Shown here: in pieces, positions 58,001 through 64,000 of the stretch
Layout of the letters: every line of letters begins with the position of its first letter
How positions within the stretch are numbered: the first letter of the stretch is position 1
NCBI GenBank assembly: GCA_051362555.1
Contig: CM120642.1
Coordinates: forward strand, 9,052,001-9,116,000
Direction: 5' to 3'
Length of the DNA stretch: 64,000 bases
Source of the DNA: Lingula anatina
Lineage: Eukaryota; Animalia; Brachiopoda
Notes under the pieces: model-generated
What the model was told of the DNA's origin: nothing
Databases searched by the model: none
The model's input: the letters and a program-made list of their open reading frames with translations, nothing else
Position numbers and translations under genes: made by a program

Positions 58001-58632
58001 ATATTGGCCAATCCCTGTATTGTTATCAGATTTGATATCATCTTTGAAATTATATCGGTGATAAAAATACAGCTTACGAAACATAGGCCCGTATCAGTGA
58101 ATTTAACCGTGCAAGATTTGCGCTATCATACGCCTTTTAAGAGGTTGTAGAAATGACCAGAAGTAAACGATCTGTTTTCGATCACAAAGTATTCGACCTG
58201 TAACTAAAATGATATGTGTGATAGCAGTGTTCGTGTACTTCTAACAAATGTTTGTCTGTTCAACAGACAGGACTAACCTTTGTAAAAATTCCGTAGAGGA
58301 AGCGTAAGTCATTATATTTAATGGACAAAACTAGTTGCATTTATCTTTTATTCTTTGAGATTGGAATTGTATATTTACTACTGACAAAACTTTCTTGTTT
58401 CTGCTTTAGAACGTACAGCACTTTGACTTCCTGTGTGATAAAAGCCTACTCAGACTGCCCTGCCCCAGAGGAAGCATCTGCCTTAATCAAGAAAATTGTA
58501 CAAAGAACTCTGTCAGCTGCCTTAATGGGAACGGGATACGAATGCAAAATAAACAGTAGCAGCGATTCTAACACAACACGGATTTGTCCATTTTTAATCA
58601 TTTTGATTTTTGCAAGGGGCTTTTTTTCATGA
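43300..58632 (+). CDS. Uncharacterised secreted Cys-rich protein, probably GPI-anchored (DUF19/CPG4-like Cys spacing)
   Basis: Exons 43300-43342 (MAATLLVALMVLSS, phase 1), 55294-55447, 55703-55836, 57438-57582, 58410-58632 join in frame. Regularly spaced Cys (GCTEEQVNGC, NICR, ESCLQPLKIIC, YLC, HVSCF, NRC, KTC, TSC..SDC, YEC); Ser-rich linker and hydrophobic tail. The link from exon 1 across ~12 kb is inferred. Confidence 0.75.
49619..49809. mobile_element. hAT-like MITE remnant
   Basis: Short inverted termini TGCCCGTAG... and ...GGCTACGGGCATG, with a G-run interior. Confidence 0.4.
50261..50483. mobile_element. Foldback/palindromic element (~95 bp arms, ~23 bp spacer) next to (GA)n
   Basis: ATTCACATCGAG...TAATCCTTTAATGGTCTCTC is mirrored by GAGAGACCATTAAAGGATTA...CTCGATGTGAAT with few mismatches. 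Confidence 0.85.
53881..53928. repeat. Hairpin with 21-bp stem (1 mismatch) and 6-nt loop
   Basis: AGGTTCAACCAAGAAGTTGTA-CAACTT-TACAACTTCTTGGTTCAACCT. Confidence 0.8.
55949..56642. mobile_element. HINE/Helentron-like element interrupted by a TTAA-flanked insertion (~56193-56533)
   Basis: ACAAG...GAGCGCAGACCTCCGCCAAGGC at one end and AACCTCCTGTGCGGAGGTTATT at the other. The body resembles 28040-28325 and resumes after the second TTAA. Confidence 0.55.
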
Positions 58633-58998
58633 GCACTGTAATAAAAAAGCAAACTACATTAATGACTATTCTAAATATTTCATGATGAGTATGTTAGGCC
58701 TCCATTTCTCTGGTTTTTGATACGTTATCCTTAATGCATTAATACGTAGAACCTATTAGGCCTATATAAACTGAGTGACAGACGGTGCACTTTTGTATCA
58801 AAAAGTCTTTTTGTGTCTCTGCATAACATAAATCAGAGTAGATACAGTAAGTGTTTTCGTAAAGTAGTGGGTTTCTGTCTGTTCCAACTGAGTGTTCGAG
58901 CAAACAAAATGATTATTTCCTTGTCGCAAGTAACTATTTTTGAAACTAAATAAAATTGTCAATTTGTTATCACAGCTGTTGGTATTACAAATAACAAA

Positions 58999-59058
<60 letters not shown>

Positions 59059-59631
59059 TGACACAGAGGGAAGGAGTGATTTTGTTGAACACACATTTTA
59101 AAGTACAACACCAACAATACTGTAGGCCTACTCTTACCGCCAACAGCAAATCTAACACAATCAGGCATACTCATTAGTTTCTTTTGTCTAAATATGAATA
59201 AAATTAGTCGACTGAGATATGACCAGTAAAAATCGCACATCCCTCTCCACTTCCAAATCCTTGATCCAATTCTAATTTCACTTCTCTCGATTTATATCAT
59301 CCAGGTTTTTGCCTGGGAGTAGGCCTGCAACGATTGAAAAATTCACCGAGAACAGCGTGGTAAATTTTAAACAGTGGAGAAGGTACAGGACAATCGTAAT
59401 AAGTAGGCCTACCAGGGTACAAGATTGGATGGCTGCATGGTTTGTCTCGTTTCGCTCGTATGCTGACAAATGGGAAATAATGGCTTTCGAACGCAAGCGA
59501 ATTTTTATTATTATTATTATTTTTATTTTTAATTTTGAGGATATCAGATTTTTTACACCTTTTTTCAAATTTAAAAAAATGCATTGGGCATTTGGTGTAC
59601 ATGTAGTAGGTTGTAAAATTGATAATAAACT

Positions 59632-59938
59632 CAGTGGCGGATTTAGGGGGTGGGGTCGGTGGTCACCCCCCCCCCCCCCCCCCCCTTCGGTTTCTGAAAA
59701 AAAAAATCACACGAATATTCCCCTCTTGAAATAAGAATTTTGACTTGCTGAATTATATTTCAAAACCGTATCAAATGGCACCGTTTGCCCTCCAAAACAC
59801 CCAAAATATTCGGGCTCTTCAGCCTTCCCCGAACCACACGCCGGGGGGTTGGGGGTGGGGGGGAGCAGAAGCGGTTTCGATTCCGATTCCCCCCCCCCCC
59901 CCCCCCCCTCCACTTCCATGTAGTCCTGGATCTGCAGT
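59632..59938. mobile_element. hAT-like MITE with C/G runs
   Basis: Starts CAGTGGCGGATTTAGGGGG and ends with degenerate CCTGGATCTGCAGT. Confidence 0.5.
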
Positions 59939-59969
59939 AAGAAAAAGGACTAAGAGGCCGATCCTGGAC

Positions 59970-60090
59970 TTAAAGGGATAATAACTCTGTTTTGGCCAAA
60001 AAATGAATTTTCCTGAAGTAAACAACAATTTTCCCACACTTACCAATGGGTAATGAATCCATTTTTACATTGAAAGTTAGTCCCTGTTTT
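59970..60090 (+). repeat. Dispersed repeat copy 1 (TTAA-AG start, Kolobok-like)
   Basis: Highly similar to 62431-62560 (GGCCAAAAAATGAATTTTCCTG-AGTAAACAACAATTTTCCCA...ATGAATCCATTTTTACATT-AAAGTTAGTCCCTGTTTT). Confidence 0.75.
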
Positions 60091-60497
60091 TTTTTTCGAA
60101 GAAGTTGAGAGTAGCCATCAATGGAGGCCACTTGGTCTAAAGCCGTGCTCAGATATCAGAATAATCTCAGTAGCTATAATTGCCGTTTTTGTGGTAAAAC
60201 AGAATATATTATATTTATATGAGTTGTTCATTTTTATTGTGAAATATAGATCTCATACGAAGAGTTTGTTAAATAGGCCTATTAATTGTTTTTAAAAAAT
60301 TTAAATAAATTACAATCGCCCCCCTTTGTTAAATACAAGCAAAAGCATACCAATAATAAGCAATATTCCTATTTGAAGTTACGTTGTAAAGCAAAGCTAA
60401 TTACTGTATTTCTTTAATAAACTTTAACATGAATTTTCTGAGCAGAAGAGACAAAATATGAATAAAGAAGCAGAACCAATATTGACACAAACGTTAA

Positions 60498-60546
60498 ATC
60501 TCGCTCTAATCTCGTGAAAGACGTGGCATTCCTTCAAAGATGGCGG
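60498..60546 (+). promoter_or_regulatory. GORAB housekeeping-type promoter elements
   Basis: YY1-like AAGATGGCG overlapping the ATG; TCTCGC/TCTCGTGA half-sites upstream. Confidence 0.4.
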
Positions 60547-62677
60547 GGTGGGTCGGATTTTCAGATGCAGAGCTTCGGAGAATGAAACAGCAAACGTCCC
60601 TGGAGGAAGGTAAATATTAGCCCATTTTATTTCAGCCTGGGTTTTATAATCTAAGTTGTGATCTTGTTTACTGTGAAATTTATGGCGATAATGTCACGCT
60701 TTAGTTTGCACCGGTGATATTTATGACTCGTCGTCTAAGGAAATTTGAGTCGTCTGCATTATGCATCGACTGGACTCTAGTCTATATTTAAGAAAGCGAG
60801 TTTCCGATAAGTTATTTATTTTCATACTACACATAACGTCTCTCTGTCTGTATACTCCTGACATTCGTAACACAGTTGCATGTTTAGATCCCGTCCTCCC
60901 TTTCTCTCTCTCTCTCTCTCACACACAAAATTTTTGTCCTTGGAAAGAATTCCCTTTCTGATATACAGTATGCCAGACGACCACACTAAGCATTAACACA
61001 CAAACACACACACACTTCTGTTCACATTATTTTTTATTTGCTATATGCCACCTTTCCGTATAGTCTACTCTAACCTCTTGTTGTCTACATGTAACCTTGT
61101 ACTCTGGGGTGATGTAAAAATCAATCATTTTATCCACTGTGATTGAGACATGTTTTCAGAGAATCCCACCTCTTGTCTGAAATGGCAGAGCTTGTATTGC
61201 CTACAGTCACTGATTTCCTGTGTTCACTAACCCTGGTTTTCAACTGTCTACTTGTCTCACCAATGTAAAAGGAATTACAGTCATGGCAATTGATCCTGTA
61301 TATTGTCCCACAACGTTGTTGTTTGGGGGGGGGGGGTTGTCCTTTGGTGCCACTAGGTGTTGTTTCAATGTGCACTGGGGTCTGAAAGCTGTGTTGACAC
61401 TGTGCTTTTTGTAGATCCTTCACACTTTCTCTGAAATTCCTTAACAATAAGGGAGAATCACTAACTGTTTTTCTGACTGTATCTGTTGGCTCACAGTTAG
61501 TTATTGCTGTCTTGTCCTGACGAGGTTTGGTCTTTAAAGCCCAAGGTGGGTAACCACACATCATGAGAGCCTTATCCAGTGTCTTGTTCTCCAATGTCTT
61601 GTCTTCCTCATTAGTCACGATCGTGTTGCACCTGTGTCTTAGAGTTCTATAGTAATCTTGTTTTGTATTAGGCCACACTTTTTTATTTTTATGGATGACA
61701 TCCTCTGGGGACCCCAAAGTCGGTGCGAGCGGGCGAAAAAAAAAAAAAACAGTCCAAAAAAAAAAAAAACTGCTTAAGAAAATTTATGTTTTCAGTACAC
61801 AGCTGGAAACACTAATTTACCACAGAAACACGTATCAAACTAACAACATGTCTTTATCCATGCTCTCAAAATATAAAAGCTTTGTGAATAGGGCCTATTT
61901 CGTAGAAAGGTAAAAAGTCATGAATATATATGCTGCATATTACCAAATCTATTTAAGGTTATTTCATGCATTCTGTTGGTATAGCATCCAATAAAACAAA
62001 TATCAAATAAACAGCGTGTCTTAATTTGTACTCTCAGAAAATTAAAGCATTGTAAACACTTCACAGAATTGTTAAAAAAATGAAGCAAAGATAGGCCTAT
62101 GCTTCCTACTACTAAGGTAATTTCGGTCGATGCCATTTTGTCTACTTCGACTCAAACGCTAGCAGCCAACTATCGGGTGGCCTGTCCGACCTTCAGTCCA
62201 CCAAATACCACGACGCTCTTGTCGACCCTTTTTTTGCTCCAAAAAGAAACTGGTATGTGCTGCTCTGGACAGAATGTCACTGAAATTTTCCGGGCGATGA
62301 TCGCTGGCCGCGGCCAGCCTTTCGTATAATTGTAAAAGGGTGATATCTCCATGTCCAATATCAATGGCAAACCAATCCAAAAAGACGGCCCCCGTTCTCT
62401 TTATGACTTTAATTGTCGTGTATTTTGAAATTAAAGCAATAATAACTCTTCTTTTCGGCCAAAAAATGAATTTTCCTGGAGTAAACAACAATTTTCCCAT
62501 ACTTACCATACTTACCAAGTTATGAATCCATTTTTACATTCAAAGTTAGTCCCTGTTTTATTTCTAAAAAGTTTGGTATTTTGTTAAAATCTCTTAAGAG
62601 CTTGCGGAATTAGCCGAGAATTGCCGATTGCATTTTCCTGCAAATTCAATAACGATGTTTGCGACAACCAACTTCCT

Positions 62678-62716
<39 letters not shown>

Positions 62717-64000
62717 GCGGTTTGGGGGGGGGATTTTTTTTTTTTTTTTTTGGAGAACGGACGAAAATCGGTGCGCGCGCAGGATGTCATCCATAAAATT
62801 AAAAAAGTGTGGCCTTATGAAGTGTAGGTAGAGGCCATTTATAAACAAATGATTATGTCATACTATTTCCGCAGGTGAATCTCATCACAAACCCCAAGCT
62901 GCTGCTGCTGCTGCTGCCAGAAAACAGGCCCAACTCAACAAACAACGAGCACAAACACAGAAAGATAGATATCTACATCAACGTAACATGCAGAATTCTT
63001 CCTCAAACACGCCACAGACGGAGCTTCACCCCTCACAGCGACTGTCCCAACCCAAACCAGAGAGCAAACCAAGTCAAAAGAGCCAGCAAGAGAATAAACC
63101 AACACCATCTAATAAAAATCCTAATCAGTCAGATTGCAGTGACAATAAAAAACAAAGGAAGGACCAAACTTCCACCAACTTTACAAAAAGTGATAATGGA
63201 CATGGAGAAGAACCTAAGAAGACAGAAGATAGTGAAAATGCTAATGTGGAAGAAGCAGATCTGAATGAGAAAGAAATATTAGAGTATGTGTATCTTTTTG
63301 ATTATTTTCATCTTTGTGATAAACCGTGATGTTTAAGTAAATCTGACATACAATTTGTCTTCTTAACGATACATATGTTGTCAAGATATTTCTTCTTTTT
63401 TATCCATATTTCCATAAAATGAATACCCAAAGGGCTTAAATTTATGATACTATTTGAGGTGTAAAATTACTGTGATATATTCAACCCTGACATTGAATAA
63501 AATGGCTTTTTCCTTTTCCTAAAGCCTGGAGGTGTCCAACATGATAAAATTCCAGAAGCAGCAGAAGATGATTGAGGAAGCCAACAAAAAGAAAAGGCAA
63601 ATGCTGGCACAAGCAATAAAGGAAAGGTATGTGCATAGATGTGAGGAGAAATTAGCCCAACAATTGTCATCACATTAATGCTCGGCATTCCCAATAGTTT
63701 GCATTGCCATTGGTATTATAATATTGACTGTTTGTCCACTGAAGAGATGATATGGCTGGACAGAAAAAGCTTTGAGTAGTCCCTTCTGATGTTAATAAAA
63801 TTATGAACTTGGACAACTGAACATGGAAAATTGACAAAACATAGGCATTTCTTTTTACAAGTCAAATGTGTATTTTGCTTACTTCAGCAGAACTGAAAGA
63901 AAGGAAAACATGCTGATTTTAAAGAAATAAAAATGTTCCATGTAATTTTCTTGTAGGAGTCAAAAAGCCAAAGCTGAAGCAAGTAAACTGATACAAATAG
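60540..64000 (+). CDS. GORAB: RAB6-interacting golgin GORAB, 5' part: exons 60540-60609, 62875-63283, 63525-63626, 63957 to window end
   Basis: MAGWVGFSDAELRRMKQ resembles the GORAB N-terminus (GWAGFSEEELRRLKQ). QKQQKMIEEANKKKRQMLAQAIKER-SQKAKAEASKL resembles the GORAB coiled coil ([33 protein letters not shown]). Confidence 0.9.
61150..61665 (-). mobile_element. Penelope-like retroelement fragment (RT C-terminal region plus GIY-YIG endonuclease), degenerate, in GORAB intron 1
   Basis: HRCNTIVTNEEDK...KALMMCGYPPWAL and GTIYRINCHDCNSFYIGETSRQLKTRVSEHRK (GIY-YIG with CxxC); the linker looks frameshifted. Confidence 0.88.
62431..62560 (+). repeat. Dispersed repeat copy 2 (TTAA-AG start, Kolobok-like)
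   Basis: Direct-orientation near-copy of 59970-60090. Confidence 0.75.

Noticed and set aside
59707-60046. Poly-Gly and poly-Pro ORFs (also at 62584-62848)
   Set aside because: They arise from G/C homopolymer runs in repeats, and run lengths may be sequencing artefacts.

Overview
AT-rich, intron-rich animal genomic DNA, probably a marine invertebrate such as a mollusc; the taxon cannot be fixed from sequence alone. I reconstructed seven spliced genes by hand from GT-AG boundaries and reading phase: (1) a divergent SSNA1/NA14-like gene (+, 566-1273); (2) a receptor protein tyrosine phosphatase (-, 19383-2873) with signal peptide, 2 EGF, FN3 and mucin segments, TM and tandem PTP domains; (3, 4) two tandem DMBT1-like SRCR-SRCR-ZP genes with GPI-type tails (+, 20539-25396 and 27013-34111); (5) a PhyH-family Fe/2OG dioxygenase (-, 40217-35390); (6) an uncharacterised Cys-rich, probably GPI-anchored protein with a ~12 kb first intron (+, 43300-58632); (7) the 5' part of GORAB (+, 60540 to window end). 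Introns and intergenic DNA carry MITEs, Helentron-like repeats, a Penelope-like fragment and microsatellites. The RPTP is the most unusual locus. It has an internally duplicated FN3-FN3-furin module, and a 2.5 kb exon holding the TM and nearly all of both PTP domains, suggesting cDNA-mediated intron loss. Its D1 catalytic motifs are non-canonical, it has a candidate internal promoter with a second signal peptide, and it lies head-to-head with the SRCR-ZP pair. All assignments rest on motif recognition; no database searches were run.
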